Of a stretch of 64,000 nucleotides of DNA, positions 1 to 13,650 are shown in pieces (within the stretch, counting starts at the first letter, position 1; each line of letters begins with the position of its first letter). The stretch spans positions 235,997 to 299,996 of the forward strand of contig NMRA01000531.1 of NCBI GenBank assembly GCA_002633005.1, given 5' to 3'. Both the position numbers and the translations under genes were made by a program. This stretch comes from Phoronis australis. Taxonomy: Eukaryota; Animalia; Phoronida. The notes beneath the pieces were generated by a model. That model did not search any database. It was given only the letters and a program-made list of their open reading frames with translations, and was not told the origin of the DNA.

Positions 1-1932
1 ACAGTAATTAACTAGTGAATGTCCTAAGCAATCTTACTGAACAAGCTTAGTTAACATCAGTGTAGTTGTGTACCACCATCGGACACAGTGGACACAGTAT
101 TCATGATCAACATTTCTTCTAATCAGTGTTTGGTCAATAAATTATGCTTCCCAGTTTTACTTATTTCAATGAAGGATTATCCAAGGTAGTTTATCACTAG
201 TGTCTACTCAAACAACTTTGATGGCTTGTCTCTTTAGTCCACATGCAAGGTTGTTAATCAGTAAAATGCAGGCATGTATTTTTTGTGTAGGTCTGTGGTT
301 AGTGGAAAGAATGTGGGGATGAGAATCTTGAAAGTTTAAATTTGTTAAGTATTAGTTTTTCAGCGGTTGACATCAATCCCAATTATTGTTGTGATTGTTT
401 TTTTGCGCTCTGGGGTCTAGTGCTAGCCACATTTCGAGACCACAGTATTTTCATTAATAATTGCGGTGTCTTACTGTTGGCAATCTATCATGGAGCTATT
501 TTCAAAGCGTGTGCCAGTTATTTTGTTCCGTACCTTCATTTAAAAATTCATGAAAATTTGTACTAAACTGTTGAATTTTCCAAATATGGGCTTCAAATAC
601 AAATCTTTTAAAAGCAATCTTTAATTAACAAAGGTTCTTTTTACAAGTATCATTGAGGAGAATGCACTGGGAATTTTCTGAGTTTCCATACGGGTTTGGT
701 GTAGATATGCCCTCATCTGGCAAAAGTTCACCAGGATGTATAAGATATTTTTGTATTTGACTTTTGGTCCAAATATATGTCCTGGATTTATGTCAGTGAT
801 TGTTTTCTTACATCTGGCTTTAATAACTTTGTTTGCTGTTTTGAGCATTTGCTTGATTTAAAATCACATGGCACTACGATGCGCGTGGGACATAATCAAT
901 GGCATAATGCATCCAAGGTTTTTATTTGGTGCTAGCACTCACAAGAGGCCTGACTCAATCTGTGCTTGTTTGTGATGAGTCGGACGTGGCACAGCTGTTT
1001 CAATGTTGGTCAAATTTTAAGCTGTGGATCATATTCAAGTACCGTCACTCACTTGGTGATTGAAGCATTGCTTCTGTTTTGGCTATTTAATTTAATTTCT
1101 GTTCTGTATGCCTATTTGCCTTTTTGCCTAAACAATAAAATTTGTTGTTTTCCATATTCAGCTTCCTTTCAGTTACCATGTGCTCTACAATATGGGCAAG
1201 CCTGCTTTTCCCAGTGTCGTTCCTTCCTCAGCATGCCTGAACTAAACTCTGCACCCTAAAGTTTTGATTCCATTTTGCAGATTGCAGAATTTCAATGGGC
1301 AAAAATGGCGGTACTTGTGATTTTGTTGAGGCTTCGTTCCGAAAAACTAGCACCTATTTTAAAAATCTGAGACACGGTTCCCTCAAAAATGCCGCTATCA
1401 ACATTTCGACAAAAGACCAATATGATTGGAGGAACAATACTTTTAAAATCTCTGTTCTAAGTCAAAAAATACTATTGAAAAAGCACACACATTTCATGAA
1501 AAAATATAGACAAGTAAATAAGAAAAATCAATTTTGTTAGAAAATTCATTCACCTTTCAGAAAATACTTTGTAGGGGTTAGAGCTGACAGAATTTAAGAT
1601 ATTTGCACATAAGTACAATTGGTACAAATATTCAGTTATCTTAATGAGCCCATTTCTCCAAACTGAAGTGTGACCATTGATTGGTTTGTGCAGGGTTTAT
1701 TCCAACAGCTTATGTGGGGCTTAGGTAGGCCGTGCTCCAGAGGGGGACAAACAATGGGAAGCCATAGGTGTACATTATGTTTCCCCCATTATGCTGCATA
1801 AAAAAGGGTTGAGCAGATGGTGAGTACAGACCTGTGGACATCCTCAGATCCTGTGCCTGTAAGCCTTTCTCCTCCAATGTACCTATCGTCTTTATGTCGC
1901 TGTTGTTTCTCTCTGTCTACGCTGCTACTCAG

Positions 1933-2091
1933 ACAACAAACCACCACCTGTTCTGCCTGGTAAGAAGCCCGTACTGCCTCCACCAGTTAGTAAGAAGCCT
2001 GCTAAGCCTCTACCAGAAGCCAAATCATCAGCAAGTACACACAAGGCAAAGGAATCTGTAGAGAGAGAGAAGCCAGCCGTGGCTACATTGG
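1933..2091 (+). CDS. SH3KBP1: Internal coding exon of CD2AP/CIN85-family adaptor (proline-rich region)
   Basis: Acceptor ctcag| and donor G|gtaatg, phase 1-1. Translates NKPPPVLPGKKPVLPPPVSKKPAKPLPEAK...ATL and joins in frame to the exon at 3275. Upstream SH3 exons are not in the window. Confidence 0.8.
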
Positions 2092-3274
2092 GTAATGGAA
2101 ACTATTGGCATGTGCTTGGCTTGGTTGATCACTGTTGTCAGTGCAAATGGCAATGTATATTTTTGCTCATTCAGCATTATGCTCATAGTGGTGCTCACAG
2201 TGGCAACGTAGTATGTGCTAAAATTTGACTTAATTTTGTGCAATTCTGGAAATTAACAATGTCATAAAAATGTGCTATTCTAAGCAAATGGGAAATTGCT
2301 GGTTGTAAGCTGATGGAGTCTGAAATTTTGGAACAAAACATGTGAATTGGAGTGTACTTGTTATAAGAAAAGAATTCAAAAAGTTTTCTTTGTTTTGAAA
2401 AGGTTACCTTGGGATTTTTTCTTTGCAGATTCCCCTCTTTTTGTGTTCACTGTATAATTACATTTTGCAACTCTCTTGCTTCATCTTATGACAAAAAAAC
2501 AGTCGAACAGAAAAGTAGGAGTGTGTGGCGTGCCTGCTAACTACCAATTTTGTTGTCTGGGCAGATATTTTGTGAGTTTGTATATTGACTTATTAGTTTG
2601 CAAGAAGACATCCACGCTATTGCACCCGCAATGTTGTTGCAAATTCAATCGTGTCCGACAGCTTCCAGCGCATTCGTTGTATTTTCTGCCACATTGAACA
2701 CAAAGCATTCCGTTGATTTGTACACCTACTGTCACACTGTCCCATTTGCAAGCATATAGCTTGCACCTTGTTAAGTATAAAAAACAAGTGATGGTTGTCG
2801 TGTCTGTGCACACGTTGCTGTTGTTATGACCAGCTCCATTCCTGTGAATACTGCTCAATGTTATTGTATGCCACACCCGTTCATTTTGCAATGCAAGACT
2901 ATGTAACTATGACAGTCTTATCTATTGTGGGAAGCTGTGACTGAGCCAATGACTTCTGCACTATTAGGTGTAAGGGAACTTGGTTCACATTAACTGGGAT
3001 GGGAGCTGGAAGTGCCTTCTGTCCACCACGTGTGGGTTTAACTGGAAGACAAGTCATGATTTCCCCTTTCAGGTTGCCATAAGTGGTAGAGCAAGCAGCT
3101 TTGGTCTAACATGGCTATGTTTGATTTAACTGGCAGATTAATTGCTGTGTTCCAAGAAATCCTGCATCCAGGAAAAAGTTTTGTAGTCATTGGTTGTACA
3201 TCGGTCTCTATTATAATGAATTATGATGCAGTCGTTTGGTTGGTGATGGATGTTTGGTTCTAATTCTTTCACAG

Positions 3275-3432
3275 GCGAAAGTAAGGATGAGTTGGACAGT
3301 GTTGGTGCTACAAAGCCTCTAACACACTTAACGACCACTAGGCCAAAGGGACCGACCAATAAAAGGCCACCATCAGCAATGTTAAAGAAGGAGTCATCTC
3401 CCCCTATGTCCAATGATACACATACTGAGGAG
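3275..3432 (+). CDS. SH3KBP1: CD2AP/CIN85-family exon carrying the capping-protein-interaction (CPI) motif
   Basis: tttcacag| ... GAG|gtaggt. Translates GESKDELDSVGATKPLTHLTTTRPKGPTNKRPPS..., matching the LxHxTxxRPK(x)nP CPI consensus of CD2AP/CIN85/CARMIL. Confidence 0.9.
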
Positions 3433-4556
3433 GTAGGTGCTGGTTATCCCACCACTTTATTCTTTTTGGCTGTTGGAAAAGACAAAATCAAAACGAGGGC
3501 ACTTCAGTGTGCAAAACTGGCCTCGAAATGTTTTAATGGTGAGGCTATTTCCCTCGCCACTAAGACCATCCTGAGCATTTTTGTGTCAAAAAGCTCTTTG
3601 GAAAATCACGGGGCTGAGTAGCTCTTTCAAAATTTGACCACTCCAATTTAACGGCATTTTATCACCAAACTAGTATTATCATACCAAGGAAGAACTAGTA
3701 TTATCATACCAAGGAAGTTTTTCGAATCAATTTCATGGGCTTAACTGGCATATTTCTTAATTTTGCTTTTAAGCAGAGAGTGGAAAGGATGATGTGCATT
3801 TAGTTTGGGTATCAGATAATGAATTTGAGTCAGTTATTGTCACAAACTGTGGTTTCTAGTTACTTAACTTTGTGATGTTTGGTACAGTTAATTGTAAAAC
3901 ATCTGTAAAACCAGTCAAAAAAGTTTAGGTTAGAAATTGATGTTTTTCTTTCTTGTATACCTTCTTCAAACCATGCTACTCGCCGTCACAAATCTTTGTT
4001 AGATTTTAACTAGCTTGCTCTTAACCAGGGCAAGTGCATTATTAACAGTAGCCGCGAATTTGGAGCATTAAAGTACATGACAAAAGTAATTTGACCAAAA
4101 AATTTCCTCACCCTGACCACTAATTCTGTTAATTTCAAATTTAAAGTGATAGGTAATGACTATTTAGGCGACATACTTTTCACTACAGCGTGGCTTGGCC
4201 ACCTTACTACCTTTCTTAATTAATTCCTCTTCATCTCTTCATTCTGGTAGAGAGAGAAGTATACTCTGATATTGAATATGTCTTCTGCTCAGGTGTCATG
4301 ACAGGGAATTCTGGGTCGTTTTGTCCGAATGCTTTTGGCGTGCACATTATGAGCAGAAGCCCATGTCGACCTAGTGTGTTGAGTTGTAGCACAAACTGTT
4401 TCCCAGTCCCCAAACAAAAGACTATTGTCCTAAAACTAAACATCACAACAGTGTTGGGCCATTCACAGCTAGAAGATGAGAAATGTAACATGTATTGTAA
4501 CATGTTGGGGTATTGTAACAAAATAAGTAAATCCTTGCTGTGCTGTTCTATTTAAG

Positions 4557-4611
4557 GTGGTTCAGAAACACAACCTGAAGGAGGAGCCTATCCTAGAAGT
4601 TCCCAGCAAAG
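4557..4611 (+). CDS. SH3KBP1: Short internal exon of CD2AP/CIN85-family gene
   Basis: tttaag| ... AAAG|gtaaag. Translates VVQKHNLKEEPILEVPSK; phase 0 in and phase 1 out exactly bridges the flanking exons. Confidence 0.75.
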
Positions 4612-5801
4612 GTAAAGTCAAAACATTGCTGTGAAGTATGAGATCTGTAGCTTACTTGTATATTTGTATTTGGGCTAATTACAGTGCTCGGCGCTTAGCT
4701 TAACGCCAAGTCGCATTTGGTGACTTGGCAAAAATCCCAGGTCTCCAAATAATATCTAACGTTGCCAATTTGACGCGTGCTCCATTTTTAGGGTCTTGCC
4801 CATATCTCTGCAATTTCTCCCATTAACTGTTGTGTATTCATTCCCTAACTCAATTCTTTCCGTCAAGGAACAAACATAGAACGCAAATGATCGCATACTC
4901 TGGTCACGTGTATTTCACCGATCTTGCCCGATTGTCGATTGTCGCCGATCATTTCGGTCTTTCGTCTGTTTACTTTCTGTTGCTGACTGGTGTGGTGGCC
5001 ATTGCATTGATTTCTCTAAGTAAATAGAAAGATTGTGAAACAAACTTTAAGGTAACAAATTTAGGAAAGTGTTAATGTTTGGAAGTCAACACGAACTTTG
5101 AAATGAATTTAGGAAGAATTGTATTCCTTATATTACTCATATTTGGGGCTTGGAAAAGCACTCGTCTGACGGTTTGCTATTGCCAGACTCGAAAGTTGAT
5201 TTGTGTTATTTAATGAAGCAAGCTGTATAGAATTGTCTGACAGTTGTTTCCTACCCAAAAATCTTTTCTCGTCTCGGCATAGAATAAGTTGAGACCAATT
5301 TTATAGCTGAAAGTGGTTGAAATAAATCAAATGTTTATTCTTTGATGGCCAAAGACTTTTTGATACCCATTTGAATTTCATGTCTCTTAAAGCTGAGAGA
5401 ATCGAAATTAAAGTTATTTTTGAAAACCCATCAATTTGCCATGTTCTTATTAAGAAAGTCTGTTTTGCTGGATTTCCTTGTCATTGGTCAAAGGAAGCAC
5501 AGAAATCATAAGAGGTCTAAGGAGATGGTCAGTACCATTGCCTGGCTGGTGTACACTAGTGACTCAATTAGAACCTCACTTTAGTGTTTAATTGTCAGGT
5601 TGTCATGACAGTTGTGCAAAGCATTTACTATTGGAATCATTACATATAGTCGATGCATCTCAGAGCTAGAAAATTTCAATTTTTTTGTGTATTCTTTTTC
5701 TTTTTAGTTAACAATGTCTTCACTCACCAGGCTTTTCGTCCTCTAACCTTGTCTCATTCCCTTGGTCACTAACTCAGTTCTTGTAATTGTACCTTTTCTA
5801 G

Positions 5802-6127
5802 AGCACAAGCCGCCAGCCCGACCAGCCAGTACCTACATGAAAACTGCTAATCACGTGTCCGACTCGACAACAACAGGTGGGGGAGAGAGTAGTGAGGCCA
5901 TCGCAGACTTACGTCAACAGATAGGGAAGTTGAAGGAGCACAGTGTGAGCCGCGAACAACACGAGACGCTGAAGAGAGAGCTGGCCAAGTTGAGGGATGA
6001 GTTCAGCCATTACAAGACGAGCACGGACAAGAAAGTTAAAATGTTGATGAGCGATATTGATGAAGAAAAGAAGGCGCGGCTGACGATGCAAGTGGAACTA
6101 GATAGGTTGAAGAAACTGGTGGATTAG
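5802..6127 (+). CDS. SH3KBP1: Terminal coding exon, CD2AP/CIN85 C-terminal coiled coil
   Basis: cttttctag| acceptor. Ends ...VKMLMSDIDEEKKARLTMQVELDRLKKLVD*, resembling the CD2AP/CIN85 C-terminal L..ELDEEKK.R..LQ.E...LKK motif. Confidence 0.92.
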
Positions 6128-7928
6128 TGAACGAACGGGTATGGATAGTGGTGGCAATATTTTGTTGACTCTTGTAGGTAAGATGAAGGTAATGCTGATT
6201 GGTTGGTGAAGTAGGAACTATTGTTGGAAAGCATTGACAACATTTACCAAGTGCTGTTTTTGTTCATGGTTATCTCTCCTATTGAAAGCTTTGGATGGAA
6301 AACTTGCTCGTGAATTGACAATTGCATCAGTAGGTGGTAAGATATTAGTGCTTCTCAAGTCTGATGTACCAGGGAAGTCTGTTAGCTCACAGCTGTTCTC
6401 ACTCACGTGTTGCGTGCTAATCGATTGTTGTCACAGCTCCAAGTAAATTTGGCTAGCTCATTAACTAAATGTTTAGTTCTACTTTAAATTTACTATACCT
6501 AAAATGATGGGAGTTCAGTAGAATTGGGTACATAGACTATGCAATTGACTAAGAGAAACCCATAAGTGCATATCAGTTTCAAAATGTTGCTCGTTAAATT
6601 ATATCCTGACCAAACGTCTGAATTCTTCATTTTTACAGTCACCTTGTTTCTGCGTAATGTTTTGGTCCGTGTTCACTTGACCCGCGCTTTGTGTGTTGAT
6701 CATTTGTTTTTCAGATTTTGATATTGAGGTATGTCATTCATGGCTTGGTAGTCGTGTAGTGTTCTTTACATATTTTTGTCTAGTAATGAGATATGGTTTC
6801 TCTAACAGTTCTTATAATTATAGGCAGATAAAACAAATTAATTTGAAAGTATGGGTCTAGTGCAAAATATTACTCATGCTGTGGCTGAATGCTAGTTCAA
6901 CATGTAATTTCTTTGCTACTGGGTAGCAGGTACGTGGGATATGCTTATGAAACCATGTGCCAACATTTTGAGCAATGGAAAACGTTGATTTGACTCTAGA
7001 TGTAATATTAGTCCTGGAAGTCATTGGCCATTGATGACCACAGCAGAATAGCAAGAAGGGTTTCTAGCTGAACACCACACAGATGAATTCCTGTTCATTG
7101 TCCAGCTTGTACTCCAGACTGTTGTTCAATTTTTCGATAGTTAACATATGTGCCATTGAGGTTTTTGAAGCATGTATTTTGTTGCTGATGATTTTGATTA
7201 CGACTGGCTACATTCTCAAGTGCTGAATTCATTTTCTTAACTCTATGATGATATTGACTTTGCGTGTTCGCTTATTTTTTTGACATTAATCTATTTCATG
7301 GAAACAGAAGTAGGTGAGGCACAACACTTGATCATGAAATGCTGTTATTGGACATTAAGGCATTTTCAAGTCGTGTTTTATGATGAAGTTAATTATTTTC
7401 TTGTTTGCATGTGCATCTTCACATCATTCCTTTTCCAATCCTCATATACCCCTATTTTCTGACTTTATGTGTTTGCAGCCAAGCTGTGTCTTCTACATCC
7501 TGTTTTTAGCTGGCAAACACTGTCCCATCAAAATTTTATTGTCTTGGCTTTAGTCTAAAATTATTAGCCTGGTGGCAGATTTAGCTTACGACTGAAAACT
7601 AGGGACTAGCATTTGTCCTCATCTAATGGGCAGTATATAAGTTTCAGCTTCTCACCACCCATGGTAAAAATTCCAAAGGCCTTTATTTTTGAAGCAAGTT
7701 TTTGTCTTTTTGTTGTAGATACAACAACCAATTACAGAAGTTGGTGTATCACTCCTCATGTGAATCTTATCTGTAACCATTACCTAACTTGAACATACTT
7801 ATCTGGTTTGTGAAATTGTATATATAATGTATTGTTATATGTTTATAATTAATTTTGCTTAAATATTTATGATTATTCGTACCTGGTGTCACTTGAAGCA
7901 CTATCAATGTATAAAGCCCACATACTGT

Positions 7929-7934
7929 AATAAA
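7929..7934 (+). promoter_or_regulatory. Candidate poly(A) signal of the CD2AP/CIN85-like gene
   Basis: AATAAA at the end of a T-rich 3'UTR-like tract, followed by T/GT-rich sequence; strand skew flips shortly after. Not verifiable without RNA data. Confidence 0.35.
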
Positions 7935-8734
7935 ACTGCTGAACATTTTTTCTGTGTACAGGTTTTCTCTTGGTAAATTGGCTGTCGTAATATTTTGGAA
8001 ATCAAACTGTATAATTGCACAAGAAAGAATGACAGATTGTACCTGTTGTTATGTGACACTGAACAACTAAACAAGGGAAACACAGACAACGAAGTATGAA
8101 CAAAGTATGGAAAGAGTTGGGAAGAGCACAGCAGGTGTGTTTAGTTTTATTACTTTAATTGTCCATCTCAAAAAATCCAGTGGTAGGTATTAGAAAATAA
8201 GAAAAACTTTTGCTTGGAATGACCAATGACAAAAATGAGGAAAATTTTCTAGTTGATTTATTGTTCCACAGTATCGGTTCAATAGGCTTGAATGATAGAT
8301 ATTTTTGTGTTGTAAAATTTAATTTAAACATTTTTGCATAAACTAAGTCTAAATAATGACAAAAAAGAGACGAGAAAAGAGGAAATCGAAACCAAAAAAG
8401 AGGAACTCTTCTTAAAAAGATTAAAATTCCAAGCCTTGAGAAGTCTGAGGGTGGGTACTTGCCCAAAGGGTCGAGTGGGTTAATGTTAATACCCAGAGTC
8501 ACACTGACACTGGACTTCACATACGCACAATGTCTTGACCCAGCTTGTTTATTTTGATCCAAATACTGTGGCTGCATGTAAGGAGGTGCACTGCTCATGC
8601 CTTGGTTCTTATGTAAAACCAGTACAAAACATTGGTCAAGTCAGTTGTACACAAACTGTGAACACTCGTTGTGCCTAAAAAGATTAGCTCGTCAGTTACA
8701 AGTATAAGAAAACTAGAGATAGGTGCAACAAGAC

Positions 8735-8740
8735 TTTATT
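8735..8740 (-). promoter_or_regulatory. Candidate poly(A) signal of the death-domain gene
   Basis: tttatt on + equals AATAAA on -, about 3.2 kb after the stop codon. Other candidate hexamers exist nearby. Confidence 0.3.
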
Positions 8741-9489
8741 AACACAGTGTATCCATTTAATGACATAAAATATGTCACACTTTTTCAATTATACAGAATT
8801 TGTTGAATACACGACACTTTTCATTTTTCACGGTCTTTATTCCGTTGCGTTCATACTTTCTGAACAAAACTCTACTTTCTACTGAACATAGATACAGTAA
8901 CTGACCTAGCGACATAATTAAAAAGACACACTTTTTCAATGAGAATAATTCCAAACAAAAACCCTTATATTTATATGCTTCGTTCTGGAAGCATAATCAA
9001 GGCAGAGGAAGTTCTTGTCTCACCTTTGAAAACTGTGTTACTTGAACACCCCGCCCACTGGGGTTATTAGTCACTTTAAACAAAATACAAGAACAGCAAT
9101 GCACATACAATTTGATACGAAGCTAGCTCAAAACTATTTAAGAAATTAAGTGAACAAAAAATTTTGTTTTTTATTAAAAGCACCTTCTATATATCTAGCC
9201 AGATCATAGCAAAACTGCTACATAAAATAGCAAGTTTGTTCTCAGAACTGAACAGGTCGAAATCCAGGAGAATAAATAGTGTTATTTTATCAAACAACAA
9301 AACACTTAAATCGTCATAAGGTTGAGCCATTGGCAACCATTATGTATCCTGTAACTGATATGTTTGTAATCTCTCAACAAATTCTATCCTTTATTTCTCT
9401 TTGATCTCCACTACTCAATAATTGAAAAAACATCCAAAGGCCCCTCAAAAAGAGTGAGCCAGCACTGAAGGTTGTGTAGCACCTTAACT

Positions 9490-10400
9490 TGTGTATTTAG
9501 CCAAATTGCTCAAAAACTAGACATCATTAACTGCATTAAAGTATATATTTTCTGAAAGATCAGCACTTGTAGAATGTGATTTATGCCTGTACCAATCTGC
9601 TACCTTGTGTTTTTAGTAAAATTTAGCAAAAAGGAAGGTACAACCATAACAAAACAACGGTATCAATAAAATGACCAGATTTTGTTTGATATAAATGCAC
9701 AAGAACTTTCAAAACACCATTGCAGTTTTCTCACTTTTTTGCTTTCTTTTGATGCCGCTTTTGAGTTTTTTCATCAAAATCATAAGTTAAATTTCTGTTG
9801 GCCTCTCGTGCAAAAATGGAATACATTCAAATTAATTCCCAAAAGCATTTTGGCAAGCAGTGCATTAAATATGGTGTCTAAATGTTTGATGTAAATAAGA
9901 CCATGAAGTTTCAAAGTTTCCCAAATCTGGCCATTTTTCGATGGTCTAACATAAACTTGACGAGCCTGTGCATTTACCTAAATATCTACAAAACACTAGA
10001 TTTTAACTCAGTAAACACTACATATTTTATGAAAGGGACTTTGTACTAATCGGCGGTAATTGGGTTGCCCAACAATGTCTTTGGCAAAATTTAGTAAAAA
10101 GAAAGGTACAGATACCAGAACAAAAGCATTAAATACACATTCAAATTTTATTTCATTATTTATATCTCAAAAACGGCATTACAGTTTTCTAAACTGTCAT
10201 TTTGTTTCATGTAACTAACTAAAAGTTCTTTCATCAAAATCAAACTTCTGATTGTCCCTCATGTATAATTGAAACAGATTTTAAACACAATTCCTACCAC
10301 AGTATTGGAGAACACAGTATAAAGCATGGTATGAGTAAATTTCATTATGAATCTGATCACCGATGTATGAGATATTATGATCCGAATCTAGCCACATTTG
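9490..10400. repeat. Old degenerate tandem duplication (two units of about 470 bp)
   Basis: 9490-9900 and 9965-10350 share colinear blocks, e.g. aaaatttagcaaaaaggaaggtaca vs aaaatttagtaaaaagaaaggtaca, and tttcatcaaaatca in both. Confidence 0.55.
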
Positions 10401-11910
10401 AACATTTTGTCTTGGGTCCTACATAACCTTACAGACAGCAAGATTGGGACAGAAAAACACGACACGCAATTTACAGCATGTTTGAACGGAGTAGTAAGAT
10501 TTCTATCTCTAAATACAATTTGCTTTAAGTATATAATAGACATACAATCAACGAGACAAGGACACACAAACAAACACAGACATGCATATCAGAGATTCTT
10601 CATTAAATACCGGGTAAATAACCTATATCAAGTATGTAGTTGTTAGCTATAAATGACCAGCCAGGGTTTCCGTTGTTCAGTATATTGCACAAGCTCATTA
10701 TTTTTTAGAAGGATGTTTTTTGGATACTCAGTTCAGAGTACTTGTAAGAATATACCACTGACATCTCTCCAGGCACAAACCACCGTAATAACATTTCAGG
10801 ACTACAGCTTTTGTACACCTGACCTAAAAATTAACTTAAAACTGGCCATGGGCTTTGACCAGTGTTTGGATTCCTTGCTTAGAAGGTGGAGTATTAGTTC
10901 ATCTTTAAGCTCTGTGCATATTACATGTGCAATTTACCATCATATGTTTAAGTACTCTTGTCCAACTGCAAATAGAGTGTTACAACATTATGATGGTTTG
11001 GAGCTAACTGATTGAGCAGTGGTTTTATGAAAACACCAATGACTTAAATGAGATCTAGTAAAATTACTGTAACATAATTCTGTAATATCCAGGAAAAAAT
11101 AATATACAGGCAATGGAATGTGTGTTTAAGTATATATTATGTTAAAATCATCATTTAACCACCAATCATTAAAGTGCACTAACAATAATAACCAAATGAC
11201 TTTGTACAGAAGCCAAACAATACTGCAATATACGCAGAGTACAGGAGGATAAAATATAATGAGATGAATTTTCACACGTTTATACATATTACAAGTAAAG
11301 TCAGTCAAGCATGATTGGTGACTCATGAGGGCATTCTCCTGTTTAGTGACTTGACAGATGTAAAGGGTTGTGAGCCTGTGATAACATCTAGCTCCTTTGT
11401 TAACTGACAAACAGTCTTTTGTCTGGTATGACAACAGGCAGGCCAATTATCTACCAGGCTTATTACAGACTACATGTGAATACAGAAAGCCAATTGGTAT
11501 GTTCCGAAAGAATAGATTGTCGTAATTTCGGTTGTAGTTGGACGACTTTGGCGATTCAAAAACTAAACATGATCAGCATTTGGTGAGAAATTCAGAAACG
11601 CTATTGGTTTATGTTCAAATATGTAATAATAACTTAACTTATATTTTCACAGTACAGACCAGTCAGGCTAGATATGATCCTACTGGAGATTAGATTCCGA
11701 ACTTGTTGCTGAGCTATAGAATCAAACAAGTTGGGAGCAACGGGAAAACCACGTAATGAGGAAGTCTAACTGTCCTGGTGAAAATGGGATAGAGCAATTC
11801 TTACTAGTCTGAGGTGGTGTATCATGCACCATTAAATTGACTGAAGTTAAACAATATATCCACCAGCCTCCTTTTCATGGTATTCACTGTATGTGAGGCA
11901 CTCGATGTAG

Positions 11911-12131
11911 CTACACTGAACTTTCCTTCTTGTACTGTTCAGTCAGATAAGTAAGAAGATCAGAACTTCCGTTGTCACCGGAAACACTTTCACGTGCAAT
12001 GTGTACAATGTGGTCTGGATTTGCCTCACGTGGGCATTTGTTCTGGAATATTTGGCACCCTTTGACGACTACTTCGCGAATTTGGTTGGGGTTTTCCATA
12101 ACTAGGTTTTCAATTTGACCACCGGTGAAAC
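11911..12131 (-). CDS. Terminal exon of death-domain protein (death-receptor-like tail)
   Basis: tattttcag| acceptor. Translates GFTGGQIENLVMENPNQIREVVVKGCQIFQNKCPREANPDHIVHIARESVSGDNGSSDLLTYLTEQYKKESSV*, fitting death-domain helices 3-6 (LG.....IE.....NP....E...........A). Confidence 0.75.
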
Positions 12132-13199
12132 CTGAAAATAGTAAAGTCAGTAAGTGGCATTTCATTGCCCAACTGGTACTCCAAATGCTTCCTCCAGGTT
12201 GTGATTGAAAGAATTCCACATTACAGTATGTTAACAACTGGATTTTTCAGGAAACAGAGACAGAATCTGTCAGAGACAATGGCGGACATTGCTGGTAAAT
12301 TTTTGACCAAGATCCGCCACCTCATTATTACCTGTGGTTCATTACAGGCCAACCATCAGAACACAAAGCCCAAATCCGATTATCTACATGCCCACTGTAA
12401 TTGGTTTACACACAAACATGAACTTTCTGTATATAGTTTTAAGATGAGCGTGTGATCAGAACACACACACTTGCTCAATTATGATTTATGCCTTTGTGCA
12501 TCAATTTTGGGGACCCCTCTTTGTCAAGTGCCATGCTTTTGTGTTTTCCTCCACAAGGCTTGAATATGAGCACCATGGCTGTATGTAAAACTAAATTTCG
12601 ACATGCATCAATTGTCAAGATATTTTTGACACTGCGGTCCATAGAAACACTTGCAACCCGATCTGCTTAAAAGTTGTTACGTTCCAAAAAACACACTAGC
12701 CAAATTCACGAGAAATCCTGAGAGGGGTTTAAGAGATGCCAAACAGATGCATTAGTATGGTTTAACAGGCTACGCCATAAACACTATCAGAGCAATTACT
12801 GAATACACAAATAACATTTAAAGTTAATAAAAATATGTTAACCGTACTCACAGCAAAAAATACAGGAATCACTGAGGCTTTCAACAGCTATTCGCCATCT
12901 TGTTCACTCTCATAATGTCCACTAGGGAGGAAACGTCTGCTCTTCAATAAAGATTGTAGATTCTGAGAAATTGGTACTTCCCACTGTCTATTCAAGCTTT
13001 AGCTGTGAATTGTGATATAACTCCTTCACTCCAAATTTGAACCAGATAAAATCTTTGTCAAGGATTGTCACTTCAATTCAGTCAATAGCATAATCCCCAC
13101 AACAGATAAATTGGGGCTGCTAGGTCATCTATGTTCTGCTAATCTAGTAGCCAATGACCGATTAGATTCACCAAATGTAGCCTGCTGAGCAGTCCCAAC

Positions 13200-13650
13200 A
13201 GTGTAAAGACTGATTCACTCAGTATGAAAGAAAAATCTGGAACTGTGTATGACATTAAATGTAAGGACTGCCCAGTAGACTACACTGGTGCATCTAGTCT
13301 GGCTACCAGATTAGCAGAACATAGACGGCCTGGCAGCACCAATTCACCTGTTGTGGGGCTTATGTTAGAATCTGGATATGCTACTGACCTTCAAAATGAT
13401 TTTAATGTGTTCAAGCGGGGAGTGAAGGAATCTATTCATATCGCAATCCACAGCTCCAGCTTGACAAGAGATGATGGGATATACCAACTTCCCAGAATCT
13501 ACAACCAATATTCCGAATAGCAGACACTTCCAACCTGATCATAATGACACCTAGTGAACATTCTCGGAGTGAACGAGATGGCATATAGCTATCGGAAGAC
13601 TCTCAACGATTCCTTTAATTTATTGCTGTGAGTGCGGTGTAGATCTTATT
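13200..13650 (+). mobile_element. Penelope-like retroelement 3' fragment (GIY-YIG endonuclease remnant)
   Basis: ORF 13224-13520 reads KSGTVYDIKCKDCPVDYTG...LATRLAEHRR...RGVKESIHI...LTRDDGIYQLPRIYN, the Penelope GIY-YIG/CCHH pattern, with deletions. Confidence 0.85.
13567..13602 (+). ncRNA. Decayed minimal hammerhead-ribozyme-like motif of Penelope terminal repeat
   Basis: gag-tgaacga-GATGGC-atata-GCTATC-ggaa-gactc has a stem II hairpin flanked by degenerate CUGAnGA and GAAA boxes just 3' of the endonuclease. The core is mutated. Confidence 0.4.

Noticed and set aside
3668-3717. Perfect 25-bp tandem duplication
   Set aside because: Ordinary intronic slippage or repair duplication with no sign of function.
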